NCBI GenBank assembly: GCA_964518475.1
Contig: CAZFGR010000014.1
Location: forward strand, 1-46,034
Origin: an uncultured Nitrososphaerota archaeon
Lineage (GTDB): Archaea; Asgardarchaeota; Njordarchaeia; Njordarchaeales; Njordarchaeaceae
Length of the DNA: 46,034 nucleotides
Direction of reading: 5' to 3'
Shown: positions 1 to 9,902 of the stretch, piece by piece
How the letters are laid out: every line of letters starts with the position of its first letter
How positions within the stretch are numbered: the stretch's first letter is position 1
The notes under the pieces: generated by a model
Told to the model about the DNA's origin: nothing
Seen by the model: the letters and a program-made list of their open reading frames with translations, nothing else
Database searches by the model: none
Program-made: the position numbers and the translations under genes

Positions 1-74
1 TAGGCAGGCTTTTCCTAGCCAGTTTATAAATAGCCTTAACAATTATAAACTTGCCGAGCCAGCATATCTTCATC

Positions 75-366
75 GGGGGCGCCTCTTTTCTGGTGTGGTC
101 GCAAGTAATACGACTATAATACCTATAAAGGCGCCCCCACCACAAAGCCACTAAGAAGCCATTAACTGGCGAGAACTGGGCTGAGAAAAGAGATAAATTT
201 GAAACAAAGCCGTCCAACTAGTGTATTTTCTTGGAGATGCTTTTTCTCTGACATTATCGCAAGTAGTACAAGATATTACTTATAAAAGACGCCTTTATAC
301 AGAACTATGGGAAAGGCGTTAACTGACAAAAACTAGGCTAAAAAGAAATGAATCTGAAACAAAGCC
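75..366. repeat. Degenerate direct tandem repeat (two ~135-bp copies, 75-211 and 233-366); copy 1 contains a long GC-clamped hairpin (75-138)
   Basis: TCGCAAGTAATACGACTATAATACCTATAAAGGCGCC aligns with TCGCAAGTAGTACAAGATATTACTTATAAAAGACGCC, and both copies end in GAAACAAAGCC. GGGGGCGCCT (75-84) is the perfect reverse complement of AGGCGCCCCC (129-138). Confidence 0.75.
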
Positions 367-456
367 AAAAATCTTAATAAGGTGATAATAAAGAGTAAAT
401 AATATTGAGTAGTGTATCATATGGAGAAATAAAAATAAATCGAAGGGCGATAAGCT

Positions 457-849
457 ATGAAGAAGCATGAGAAGCATTTAATTGCAATTTGTTTTTTTTT
501 AAATCTATTATTAGTGGCTTTAGAAGCAGCTTATGAAGTAGGCTCAATGATTTCAGAAGGAGATTATGTTTTGAGTTCTAATGAAGAAATCTATGTAAGA
601 TGGCATTATCCCACAAGTTCTTATTCGTACGCGTCTACACCACCTTCCCAGAATTTCGCACATTGGGTAATCAATGGATACTTGTTTATATGGAGTCCTC
701 ATGGAACGACGGGTTCTATAGTAGTGTCAGGAAAAATCACATGGGGTAAATTAGGAAGCGTGTATATCGGTGGACCGTATCCAGGTAGATATTATTTCTA
801 TTTCCAAGACATAGTTACTGAAAATATAAGTCTAGAAATCTCAGTATAA
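457..849 (+). CDS. Hypothetical secreted or membrane-anchored protein
   Basis: 130-aa ORF with a basic N-terminus, a hydrophobic stretch (LIAICFFLNLLLVALEA) and an aromatic/Gly/Ser-rich beta-like body. It ends 5 bp before the next gene. Confidence 0.6.
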   Translation: MKKHEKHLIAICFFLNLLLVALEAAYEVGSMISEGDYVLSSNEEIYVRWHYPTSSYSYASTPPSQNFAHWVINGYLFIWSPHGTTGSIVVSGKITWGKLGSVYIGGPYPGRYYFYFQDIVTENISLEISV

Positions 850-854
850 TTGAG

Positions 855-2306
855 GTGATATCTTTGTCCGAATTGAGAAGAAAAGTTATTCCAGCAGTCA
901 TCGTTATACTTCTTCTATCTACTTCCTATATATCTATTTTATTTTTTTCCTCTAGAAAGCAACATTTCATTATTAAATGGCACTACAAGTCTGACTATTC
1001 TGATTGGTTTTCTTGGGAGACTCTCAGCATTTGGCCTGCCATTGGGGACATTAGTGGAGATAGTATTAATGACATAGTTGCTGTAACTGATTTCACAAGC
1101 AACAAGGTGGTGATTAAAGGTTTTAATGGTGCTACTGGAAAAATTCTCTGGACGTATAACGCATCAACGGTATATTCGATCAGAACCCGTCCAGGGAATG
1201 GTGGAGTAGGTTACTTGGGATATATGTACATTTATGATCTAGACTCAGATGATAGGGGCGAATGTATTGTCTTGTTGCGCGGCCACTTCCTAATAATTAT
1301 TGATGATGATGGGTCGCTACTGCTTAGAAAGAATTTACCAGACAGCCAAGAATCGACTTTCTTCACAATAATTGACGCAAATGAGGATAATTTGGAGGAT
1401 ATTGTTCTCTACTACCAAGGAACCTTCTTGGTGTATAATTATTCCAATCTAGCTCTTATCAGGAATATATCTGTAGAAAAATGGAGTTGTTCGAACTGTT
1501 TCCTTGGATGGTGTGCATATTATGTGGATAAGAAGCCTTTCATATTCTTCCTGGGAAATAATGGGCACTCGTTTATTGCTATCAACTTACTGAACATAAC
1601 TAATAGTTGGTACTATTATAACTCATCCTTATTATTTGACTATGTCTTAGGCGTAACAAGTGTTGGTGATGACGTCTATGTTTTCGTCAGAGCAATTACT
1701 AAGAAGGAACAAGAAGAGGAATGGTTATTATTAGCAATAAGTGTAAAGCAACGTAAGATTGCTTGGTGGGTCAAGAATAGATATTTCTTTGGACCAGCTG
1801 TCATCATGGATATTAACAATGACGGTACGCACGAAATAGTCTTTATCGAATTTGGTAAGAAGCAAACATTTTTTGGCGTTAAGGACTATACCTGGATTAT
1901 AGCAGTATCAGTTTTAAACGGAAGCACCGTTTTCCAGGAGCCTTTTAATAAAGGATTATGGGCCTTCTTAACCCCCTTAAACACCTTAGATGAGGAATAT
2001 CCCGAGGTAATTCTTGTTAAGACGACCACAGGATTATGGGATTACGAAGCTAAATTCGCTGTTTACTCGTTTAAGGAGAGAAAAATCCTCTATATTGAAG
2101 ATCTCTCAAACATTTTCAGTGAGGGTTTACATGAGCCTGGATTCATGATCAATATAGCCGATGTTGACGGAGATTATAAAAACGAGCTAGTAATATGGGA
2201 TAACCAGGGAGATGTATTCGTATTCGAATACGAAGATGCCAAGAGAGGTTTCTCATGGCCCTACATGTGGCATGATCCCAAGAGAACATCACAAACTAAT
2301 CTTTAA
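855..2306 (+). CDS. Membrane-anchored FG-GAP/VCBS (integrin-alpha-like)/PQQ-type beta-propeller protein
   Basis: N-terminal TM helix. Repeated Ca-binding-like DxDxDG loops: GDISGDSINDIV, DLDSDDRGECIV, DANEDNLEDIV, DINNDGTHEIV, DVDGDYKNELV. Also has a GATGKILW blade motif and a C-terminal WPYMWHDPKRT motif. Confidence 0.8.
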   Translation: MISLSELRRKVIPAVIVILLLSTSYISILFFSSRKQHFIIKWHYKSDYSDWFSWETLSIWPAIGDISGDSINDIVAVTDFTSNKVVIKGFNGATGKILWTYNASTVYSIRTRPGNGGVGYLGYMYIYDLDSDDRGECIVLLRGHFLIIIDDDGSLLLRKNLPDSQESTFFTIIDANEDNLEDIVLYYQGTFLVYNYSNLALIRNISVEKWSCSNCFLGWCAYYVDKKPFIFFLGNNGHSFIAINLLNITNSWYYYNSSLLFDYVLGVTSVGDDVYVFVRAITKKEQEEEWLLLAISVKQRKIAWWVKNRYFFGPAVIMDINNDGTHEIVFIEFGKKQTFFGVKDYTWIIAVSVLNGSTVFQEPFNKGLWAFLTPLNTLDEEYPEVILVKTTTGLWDYEAKFAVYSFKERKILYIEDLSNIFSEGLHEPGFMINIADVDGDYKNELVIWDNQGDVFVFEYEDAKRGFSWPYMWHDPKRTSQTNL

Positions 2307-2314
2307 TAAATATT

Positions 2315-2917
2315 TTAGCTCTTAGTTTGATCCATAGGCAGTGTCGGAAATATCACTCTACACTCTTCTCCCTTTATCTCAATATAATCTCCATTAATAT
2401 ATGCGTAACCAGTTATAGCGCATATGATTGCATCAAATATGTCTGGTAATAGTCTGGCCGGATACCTCTTTATATTTAGAGCAAAGATGCGCATTAATTC
2501 TTTAACAATCCTCAAACGCTCAGCAATGGATTTTGGTTTTTTCTCGTAACCTAAAAATCTTAGTGCTCCCGCTGGGAAAACCTCGATATAGTCTATGTCC
2601 CTATTCTTAAGCTCCTTAACAAGCCACATGGCTCTATTAACGAGCATTCTCATACCAGGGAGCATTGGTGGTAATGGATTTAGATTTATCTGCTTCATTA
2701 AGAGATCACAATCTCTTAAATTACCTTTTTTTGGAAAATTCAGAGGAGCGTCAATCGCTACGAGCTTGGGTCTCCATTTATTCACGAGAGACATTATTTC
2801 CTGGTTTGAGAAAACTGCACCAAAATCCTCTATAACATCATTAAGTATCACACAATAACCAGTAGTATTTTTCTCGCTTCCTGCCAGATCCAATCCTAGA
2901 ACTATGGTCGTAAACAT
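2315..2917 (-). CDS. DUF429-family protein (predicted RNase H-fold nuclease)
   Basis: Motifs VLGLDLAG...TGYC, VAIDAPL, LRDCD, IEVFP and DAIICA. ATG at 2917 chosen as start; the ORF track starts at 2932. Confidence 0.8.
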   Translation of the reverse strand: MFTTIVLGLDLAGSEKNTTGYCVILNDVIEDFGAVFSNQEIMSLVNKWRPKLVAIDAPLNFPKKGNLRDCDLLMKQINLNPLPPMLPGMRMLVNRAMWLVKELKNRDIDYIEVFPAGALRFLGYEKKPKSIAERLRIVKELMRIFALNIKRYPARLLPDIFDAIICAITGYAYINGDYIEIKGEECRVIFPTLPMDQTKS

Positions 2918-3017
2918 CAGAAAATAACCCAAATAAAGTTATACAGCTCTAAAACCAAGATAAATTGATAATAAATTTAAGTTGTTAAAAAATGTAACTC
3001 TAAATCGCTTAAAAGAT

Positions 3018-5048
3018 CTAGCTATTTTCCAGAGTATCCACTGGTCTTAATCTCTTTTTGGCTCCATAGTGTATTCTGAAGTTAAACTCGACTCTCTTAC
3101 CGTCATTCCATGTTCTTATCGGTCTGTAATACCCAACAATTCTGCTCCATATGTCCATTCTGCGGCTATTACATTTGGGACACTTATAGTGTATTCCCAC
3201 TCCTCTCCAACCACACTCTTTACAAACGCTAATCGATGGAGTTATACTGAAATAAACTATCTTCGTGCGTGTGACTATGTTATAGACAAGTTTCTTTAGA
3301 GCTTTAGGATCGATTGCCTCGTGCATAAATAGATGAAGCATTACTCCTCCAGTAAATTCTCGTTGAACCTCTGCTTCTAACTCTACTCTACGAGTAAGGG
3401 GTATGTCTGCATAGTAAGGCACAATGCTATTGCTGTAGAACGGTTTACCCATGAATATCGGAATAATTGCTTTACCAGCCTTCACTAAATCGCTAAACCT
3501 ATTATAATCGGAAAGAGCTAATCTAAAACCAGCACTTTCTCCAGGGACCTCCTCAACATTGTATAGGTAACCATCTTCTTCCTCATACTCCTCAGCAATT
3601 TTTCGAATCGTTCTCACAATATTTTTCGTCACAGAGATTGCCTCACGTGCTCTTCTTTTAGAACTCCATGGATCTGGCTCACCTAAAATGTTCATAGATG
3701 CTTCTGGCAAACCTATTACACCAAAGGTATTAAAGTGTCCTACGAGACTACCTATGTAAATTTTGGTTAGTGGTAGTAATCCATTCTCAATACTCTTTTG
3801 GTACTTTTCTCTCCAATATAACAATACATTTCGTGCTATCTCTAGCTTTTCATAAAGAAGATCATAAAAGTTATCCAAATCACCTTCTGACTCAATGGCT
3901 AATCTTGGTAGATTTATTGTCACAACACCAATGCTTCCCGTAGCGTCAGGAAGAGCCCATATACCCCAACCTCGTCGTGACTTCTTCAAAGCGTCATAGA
4001 CTTCTTCTTCCGTTTCTTTGATAAGTTTGAAACCATTGAACATTGATGCTTTTTTGGCATCGATCGTTAATCTGCAGCACATAGCATATAATCCTGAAAC
4101 ATCTGTTGAGTAACCGTTTAGAAGATAGAAAGAACCTCTCCTAGATAAAACCTCGAAGAATAGATCCGTTAAACCGTCCCACCGAGAACCATTCCAATCA
4201 AAATTTTTGGTCAGCATCATTGTGATTATGGGAAATGTAAATGGTTGGCCTCGAGCATCTCCTTCAAGATATAGATTAAACAATTCTCGCGATAACATTA
4301 TGGCTTCGTTAAGATAGTCCCCTAACGATCCAACTCTCTTTCCTCCAACGTAGGCATCTCCTTCCAAGAATTCAGGCACTGTATCAAGCACTATTGTGAT
4401 GTTCGTGAACGGGCTTTGATACCCTATTCTACTTGGGTAATTAAGCTCGAAGACCATTCGCTGAAGTGCTTGTTTTATAGCTTTCCCATCCACTTTATCA
4501 TGACTAACAAAAGGTGCCATGTAAAGATCAAAAGCAGTTACTGCTTGCGCCCCAGTCCACTCCTGGGCTGCTAGGAAAAAGAAATTCACTAGATGAGACA
4601 CTGCTGTATCAAGATGTTTTGCCGGATTAGATATGACTGTAGGTGTATCAAGTCCTTTTTTCAATATTTTGGATAGAGACCATCCAGCACAATAGGGAAT
4701 GAATAATGAATGCGGTAATTTATGAATATGGATACTGCCTTCAAAATGCTCAGATACGGCCTCGCTAGGTAGGTACGTAGACAATATTAGAGGATTCTTC
4801 AAAATTTTATCAAACAAATATCCGATAAAAGCACCGTATGACCTATTCACATTAGCATTTTCTTTAACTTCCCAATCAGTAGTTGTTAGGTAAGCACTCT
4901 CCAGATCCTTAATGATTCTTGCTTTTAGTTTTATTTCAGCCTCTTCTTTTATCTTATACTTGAGCTTTTTTAACATCTCAAGCTCTTCATGTAATTCGCC
5001 AGTGTTCTTCTGTGAAGCTTTTGAGTCCCCATTCTTAACAATAGGCAC
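3018..5048 (-). CDS. nrdD: Anaerobic (class III) ribonucleoside-triphosphate reductase
   Basis: KENAN, PYC, QSPFTN, FTFPI, MCCRL finger loop and PGES motifs; C-terminal CxxC...CxxC and glycyl-radical motif SRIVGYYRP. Confidence 0.95.
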   Translation of the reverse strand: MPIVKNGDSKASQKNTGELHEELEMLKKLKYKIKEEAEIKLKARIIKDLESAYLTTTDWEVKENANVNRSYGAFIGYLFDKILKNPLILSTYLPSEAVSEHFEGSIHIHKLPHSLFIPYCAGWSLSKILKKGLDTPTVISNPAKHLDTAVSHLVNFFFLAAQEWTGAQAVTAFDLYMAPFVSHDKVDGKAIKQALQRMVFELNYPSRIGYQSPFTNITIVLDTVPEFLEGDAYVGGKRVGSLGDYLNEAIMLSRELFNLYLEGDARGQPFTFPIITMMLTKNFDWNGSRWDGLTDLFFEVLSRRGSFYLLNGYSTDVSGLYAMCCRLTIDAKKASMFNGFKLIKETEEEVYDALKKSRRGWGIWALPDATGSIGVVTINLPRLAIESEGDLDNFYDLLYEKLEIARNVLLYWREKYQKSIENGLLPLTKIYIGSLVGHFNTFGVIGLPEASMNILGEPDPWSSKRRAREAISVTKNIVRTIRKIAEEYEEEDGYLYNVEEVPGESAGFRLALSDYNRFSDLVKAGKAIIPIFMGKPFYSNSIVPYYADIPLTRRVELEAEVQREFTGGVMLHLFMHEAIDPKALKKLVYNIVTRTKIVYFSITPSISVCKECGWRGVGIHYKCPKCNSRRMDIWSRIVGYYRPIRTWNDGKRVEFNFRIHYGAKKRLRPVDTLENS

Positions 5049-5492
5049 ACGTAAGCCTCCCTTAGAAATCTCCTATATCTAGCAAAAATAGATTGTAGTT
5101 CCTTTGTTGTTAAAAATAGAGAAGAAGACGGATAAATCGAAATATAGTAGAGGGAAATAACTATCAGTAACTTCCATCTAAGTGGATTTTAATTATTTTT
5201 CAACATTTATTGAAAAAGTATTACCACGAAGACGTAATTAGCTTTAAGAAGGCTTAAGAACGAAGAAGATTATACTTTTCATAAACGTATTATTGTTTTT
5301 GATACACTCTAGGTACAATAATGTCTATTCATATCCACTCGAAAAGATGACTAATTAACAAATTAGCCAACAACTTGCACAAAGTTATCGATCGATTAAT
5401 ACGGAAGAGCAATAATCTATTTAAAGCCAGAAATATCTCTACTTACTAAGCTTGTCAAAGCTTAATTGCACAAAGCTAGAGGCTGATAATAA

Positions 5493-6056
5493 ATGACACG
5501 TGTCTTCTTAGGGGTTTTTAAGATAGTTCTAATGGGAGACGGAGCCGTTGGGAAAACATCGCTAATAAAAGGATATCTCGGAAAAGGTTTCTCCACAGAT
5601 TACATCCAGACCCTAGGCGTGGACTTTTATATTGCTAAGGAAAAATTACAAACAAAGTCAGGAGATATCGTATCAGTGACTTGGCAAGTTTGGGATCTTG
5701 CCGGCCAGCCTAAATGGAGCCAGGTTAGAGCTAGATTCTATAGAGGTGCTAGAGGGGGATTGCTAGTTTTTGATGTTAGTAGACGCGAGACATTTGAAAA
5801 TATTCCCCAATGGGCGAATGAGTTCGTTAAGAATGCTCCTGGGGCTCATCCCCTCGTTTTAGTAGGGAATAAAATTGATTTACGGAAGGACGCTCCAAAC
5901 TGCATAAGCACTGAAGAGGGAGAAAAAATGGCTAAGATGTTATCGGAGGCTTTGGGTATTGAAATTCCGTACATAGAGACTTCGGCCCTGATGGGAGTGA
6001 ACGTTAGAGAGGCTTTTCATAAGCTATTTCATAATATAGTTGAGAAGTATCTATGA
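5493..6056 (+). CDS. Ras-superfamily (Rab-like) small GTPase
   Basis: G1 GDGAVGKTS, G2 QTLGVDF, G3 WDLAGQ, FYRGA, G4 GNKID, G5 ETSA. No C-terminal prenylation cysteines. Confidence 0.93.
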   Translation: MTRVFLGVFKIVLMGDGAVGKTSLIKGYLGKGFSTDYIQTLGVDFYIAKEKLQTKSGDIVSVTWQVWDLAGQPKWSQVRARFYRGARGGLLVFDVSRRETFENIPQWANEFVKNAPGAHPLVLVGNKIDLRKDAPNCISTEEGEKMAKMLSEALGIEIPYIETSALMGVNVREAFHKLFHNIVEKYL

Positions 6057-6968
6057 CTCCTTACTTTTATTTAGGTAATCAAGGAACCCTTCTAAACTCC
6101 GCTTTAATGCGTCTTTCATAAATTTATTATTCGAGACCGCTTCTTGGAAAGCTTTTGCTTCGGAATCTATTTTCATGAGTATTTCCTCAAGTTCATCCCT
6201 TTTCCAGCCTTCTTCCAAGAGTTTTTTAAGACAATCTCTCCATAAAACTAGTTGACCATAGTATTGTAAGAGAAGCTTGGGAGCGTCACTATGGACCCCA
6301 AAATGCGCAAACGCCACTTTTTTGGGCTTAAGTAAAAGCATTTTTTGCAATGATTCGAGAGCGGGCTCTAGTCTGAAAGGTGGTGGAGTCGTAGGTGCTA
6401 GATGACCTCCTATGAATAATCCCGCGGAATCTCCCGCGAATATTATCTCACCGCGATCTATAAAGTAGGAAACATGATGAGAAGCATGTCCAGGCGTATT
6501 TATCGCAAGGACACATAAGTCTTTATTTTCTGAAACAGTGATTATTTGATAGTCTTTTATCGTAATTATCTTGTTCTGAGGAATGGGTTCTGGTCTCCCC
6601 AGTTCCTCAGCTACTTCTTTCAACACTTTTTTTGTGCCTTCCCACAAAGCCGTAGGGTCGATGAGGTGTTTCTCTCCTAGTGGGTGAACGAGTACTTTAG
6701 CATTAGGAAGTTCTTTTAGGAGTGTTCCTGCTGATCCTCCGTGATCGATATGAATATGTGTTAGTGCGATGTATTTAACATCTTTTTTGTCTACACCAAT
6801 TATCTCTAATGCTTCGATGAGATTATTCACAAAATGGGCTGGGCCGGGATCGATCACAAGTGTGTTTTCCCCTACCAATATATAGCTAGCATAAGTTTGC
6901 GCAGCTTCTGTGTATGCTACATCGACTAGATAAACATCCTCTTCAATTTTTTCTACAAAGCCACCCAT
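6051..6968 (-). CDS. Metallo-beta-lactamase-fold hydrolase
   Basis: Motifs IDPG, THIHIDHGG, TPGHASHH, FAGDS and AHFG. ATG at 6968 follows an SD-like GGGTG; the ORF track starts at 6986. Confidence 0.9.
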   Translation of the reverse strand: MGGFVEKIEEDVYLVDVAYTEAAQTYASYILVGENTLVIDPGPAHFVNNLIEALEIIGVDKKDVKYIALTHIHIDHGGSAGTLLKELPNAKVLVHPLGEKHLIDPTALWEGTKKVLKEVAEELGRPEPIPQNKIITIKDYQIITVSENKDLCVLAINTPGHASHHVSYFIDRGEIIFAGDSAGLFIGGHLAPTTPPPFRLEPALESLQKMLLLKPKKVAFAHFGVHSDAPKLLLQYYGQLVLWRDCLKKLLEEGWKRDELEEILMKIDSEAKAFQEAVSNNKFMKDALKRSLEGFLDYLNKSKES

Positions 6969-7079
6969 AACCACACCCTGGGACACTTGTTACTAAACAC
7001 ATTATTGATAAAACTTCTTTTGAAGTATTTTTTAGAACTTCTTGTACTGGTAAGGAGACGATATATTGCGTATCGCGTA

Positions 7080-7646
7080 TTATTCGTTAAAAAAGTCTAG
7101 GTATATCTTGGACGGTATTGGTCCTTTCTGACGATAATATTTGCTTGTTTTTCTCCTACCGTAGGGTGTTTGAGATGGTTTATCCTGCAGTATAAAAGCT
7201 AGTTGTGCAATTCTCATGCCAGGATATAATTTTATTGGGACTTGATTAAGGTTACTCATTTCCAATGTTAATTGCCCTTCGAATCCAGCATCAACGAAGC
7301 CTCCTGTGCTATGTACTATGATTCCTAATCTTGCGAGAGAAGATCTTCCCTCTATTCTAGCTGCGATGTAGTCTGGCAGTTTAATATACTCTAATGTTGT
7401 AGCTAATACAAATTCCCCAGGATGAATAATGAAAGCTTCCTTATCCCTTATCCTTATTAGTTTCGTAAATTCTTCGATTGGTTTTTTGGGATCTATAGCA
7501 TCAATACGTGTCCGTTCAAAGACTCGGAATTCGTTACCTAGTCTTAAATCAATTGATGAGGGACCGATTAAACTTTCGTCGAAAGGTTCTATGCTAATTT
7601 CTCTTCTCTCTATTAATTCTTTTATTGTTCTGTCAGAGAGAATCAA
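7080..7646 (-). CDS. dcd: dCTP deaminase
   Basis: (M)ILSD start after GGAGGG, plus SIDLRLG, EGRSSLARLG, GFVDAGFEGQLTLE and PGMRIAQL. Confidence 0.93.
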   Translation of the reverse strand: MILSDRTIKELIERREISIEPFDESLIGPSSIDLRLGNEFRVFERTRIDAIDPKKPIEEFTKLIRIRDKEAFIIHPGEFVLATTLEYIKLPDYIAARIEGRSSLARLGIIVHSTGGFVDAGFEGQLTLEMSNLNQVPIKLYPGMRIAQLAFILQDKPSQTPYGRRKTSKYYRQKGPIPSKIYLDFFNE

Positions 7647-7712
7647 AGCTCGACCCTCCAAAGCTTAGTACTTGGGTAATCATTCTTATGGCAATAAGAA
7701 ATAGTTAATCAC

Positions 7713-8366
7713 TTACTTAGATGCTCCCTTATTGAAACAAAATAACAATTTTACTAAAGCTTTTAAGTTGTTGGTTTTTATGCATAATCTGGCAGCTTTT
7801 ACGGCTTCGGGGTGCTTAGGATTTATTGCGATCGAGAAACCAACTGCCCGAAACACTGGAACATCGTTCAACCAATCCCCTATATGGATGCATTCTCTTA
7901 GTGATATCCCTAAATCCTTAATATAGCTCTGAAGACCGGTTAATTTATTACTTAATAGTTTCCTAATTCCCATTATTACACCGTCTCTGACGAGCATTTC
8001 GGTAGCTACATATCCAGAAAAGCCCAATCGTTTCACGAGGGGTCTGCAGAAGATATCTGGATTATCCGTTAATAATATGACGTGATAGCCAAGATTACGA
8101 AGAGTCCTAATAGCCTCTTCAGCCCCAGGATACAGAGGCATGTCATGTATGACGTTTTCTACATCCTCTATTCTCAAACCTCGCAGGAGATTGAAACTTT
8201 CTAGGCAGGCCGTAACATAATCCATTTTGTCATTAAAAAGTTTCTGATCAATTTCATCGCAGTAAGGAACAAGTTCTGGTTTTAATCGTTTTAAAACGTA
8301 TCTGAGAGTCGTAGGCGGCGTTAATGTGCCATCCAGATCAAAAGAGATCAGTTTGAAAGAAGGCAT
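7713..8366 (-). CDS. HAD-superfamily phosphatase (phosphoserine phosphatase-like)
   Basis: Motif I FDLDGTLT, YPGA, motif III Lys and motif IV GDWLND. Likely start is ATG 8366, because the ORF-track start overlaps phoU. Confidence 0.85.
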   Translation of the reverse strand: MPSFKLISFDLDGTLTPPTTLRYVLKRLKPELVPYCDEIDQKLFNDKMDYVTACLESFNLLRGLRIEDVENVIHDMPLYPGAEEAIRTLRNLGYHVILLTDNPDIFCRPLVKRLGFSGYVATEMLVRDGVIMGIRKLLSNKLTGLQSYIKDLGISLRECIHIGDWLNDVPVFRAVGFSIAINPKHPEAVKAARLCIKTNNLKALVKLLFCFNKGASK

Positions 8367-8382
8367 TACAAGGGTCAACTCC

Positions 8383-9051
8383 CTATTTAATCCATACATA
8401 GCTACCCTTTTCAACATAGACTATCCTAGATCCCGTCTTTGCTACAATATCTCCAATCCTCTCAATGTGTCTTAAGATAAGTGCAAGACTAATTGCTTCG
8501 CGAGCCTTCAACAATCCCTTCTCAACATATTCTGAAATAGTATTAATAGCTTGCTGAAACATGGAATCTATTTCATTATCTATCGATTCTAAACTAGACT
8601 TTAGATCCCTAATGTTTTCACGCCTAAGAGAATCTTCATTTATCTCAATCATGGTTATTACTCTCTTCACCATCCAGATAATTACTCTCTCAATCTCGTC
8701 TAGTTTATGATCTTTGAGTTTATCACCAAGTTCAGCTTTGCCTAACTCGCAAACCTCTAGAGATATATCACAGATTCGCTCATAGAAGGAGGAGATATTG
8801 AAAGCCATCAAAACAAATCGAAGATCCTTCGCTACTGGTTGCTGTCTAGCAATTATTGCTACACATTTCTCAAAAACATCAAGATTCAAGAAATCGCTTT
8901 TTTTCTCAAATTCTCTGACTTGCTCTAGGTAGTTATCAGAACCTGTCCTGAGATATTCTATTGCTGCTACAATACTCTCTTTCGCATAGCGTGAGATTTC
9001 AAAAAGCATATTTTTTAAAGCTTCTAGTTCTTTTTGAAGCATTATCCGCAC
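8383..9051 (-). CDS. phoU: Phosphate transport regulator PhoU
   Basis: ARQQPVAKDLR and two repeated ERIxD motifs (ERICD, ERIGD). Overlaps the pstB stop codon. Confidence 0.92.
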   Translation of the reverse strand: MRIMLQKELEALKNMLFEISRYAKESIVAAIEYLRTGSDNYLEQVREFEKKSDFLNLDVFEKCVAIIARQQPVAKDLRFVLMAFNISSFYERICDISLEVCELGKAELGDKLKDHKLDEIERVIIWMVKRVITMIEINEDSLRRENIRDLKSSLESIDNEIDSMFQQAINTISEYVEKGLLKAREAISLALILRHIERIGDIVAKTGSRIVYVEKGSYVWIK

Positions 9052-9809
9052 TACCCTAGCCTCCCCTCTAAATATTGCTCTGTTAACTTATTCTTGGGTT
9101 TTGTGAATAGTATATCAGTTTTATCGTACTCTATTAGCTCACCATAGTATAAAAATGCTGTATAATCTCCAATTCTAGCTGCTTGTTGAACATTGTGAGT
9201 AACAAGTACTATCGTATAATCTTTCTTCAACTTTACGAGGAGATCTTCTATTACGAGTGTAGAGACAGGGTCGAGAGCCGAGGTTGGCTCATCTAGGAGA
9301 AGTACTTCAGGGTTTACGGCTAACGCACGAGCAATACATAAACGTTGTTGCTGACCTCCGGAGAGCTCCGTTCCAGGTCTATCGAGTTTATCCTTTACTT
9401 CGTCCCATAAACCCACTTTCATCAAGGATTCTTTGACAATCTTATCTAAGATATCCTTATCCTTCATACCTCGAAGTTTAAGTCCAATGACTACGTTGTC
9501 GTAAATGCTTAAGTGAGGAAAGGGGTTTGGCTTCTGGAAGACCATACCAACTCTTGCTCTTATCTCTGTGGGGTCAACATCGTCATCATAAATATTTTTA
9601 CCATCCAGATACACTTTACCCTCCACTTTTGCACCATCTACCAACTCAATTAATCTATTAAGAGCCCGCAAAAAAGTGCTCTTCCCACAACCGCTTGGGC
9701 CCATGATTACAGTGATTGTGTTCTCATAAATATCAATATTAATATTCTTTAATGCTGGTTTATCCCAGTACCAAACCCACAAATTCTCGGTCCGAATCTT
9801 AGTCTTCAA
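9051..9809 (-). CDS. pstB: Phosphate ABC transporter ATP-binding protein
   Basis: [37 protein letters not shown] and [12 protein letters not shown]. Confidence 0.96.
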   Translation of the reverse strand: MKTKIRTENLWVWYWDKPALKNINIDIYENTITVIMGPSGCGKSTFLRALNRLIELVDGAKVEGKVYLDGKNIYDDDVDPTEIRARVGMVFQKPNPFPHLSIYDNVVIGLKLRGMKDKDILDKIVKESLMKVGLWDEVKDKLDRPGTELSGGQQQRLCIARALAVNPEVLLLDEPTSALDPVSTLVIEDLLVKLKKDYTIVLVTHNVQQAARIGDYTAFLYYGELIEYDKTDILFTKPKNKLTEQYLEGRLG

Positions 9810-9902
9810 CGCCGATCCCCGGCTACAGAATCCCTATTGTCTTAGCAAGTTTCGATAGGGAGATTACTTGTATGTAACACCATTAGGCTTCTTCATAATG
9901 CA

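Noticed and set aside
75-366. CRISPR array, tRNA or integron attC array
   Set aside because: There are only two long degenerate copies, with no repeat-spacer periodicity, no cloverleaf, no convincing RYYYAAC/GTTRRRY ends, and no cas or integrase gene in view.
492-500. T9 tract in the signal region of ORF 457-849 as a phase-variation switch
   Set aside because: The frame is intact and T-runs are expected in Phe/Leu codons of AT-rich DNA. It cannot be supported without read data.
5375-5475. Direct repeat TTGCACAAAG (twice) upstream of GTPase 1
   Set aside because: It is only 10 bp with two copies about 90 bp apart, which is not distinguishable from chance.
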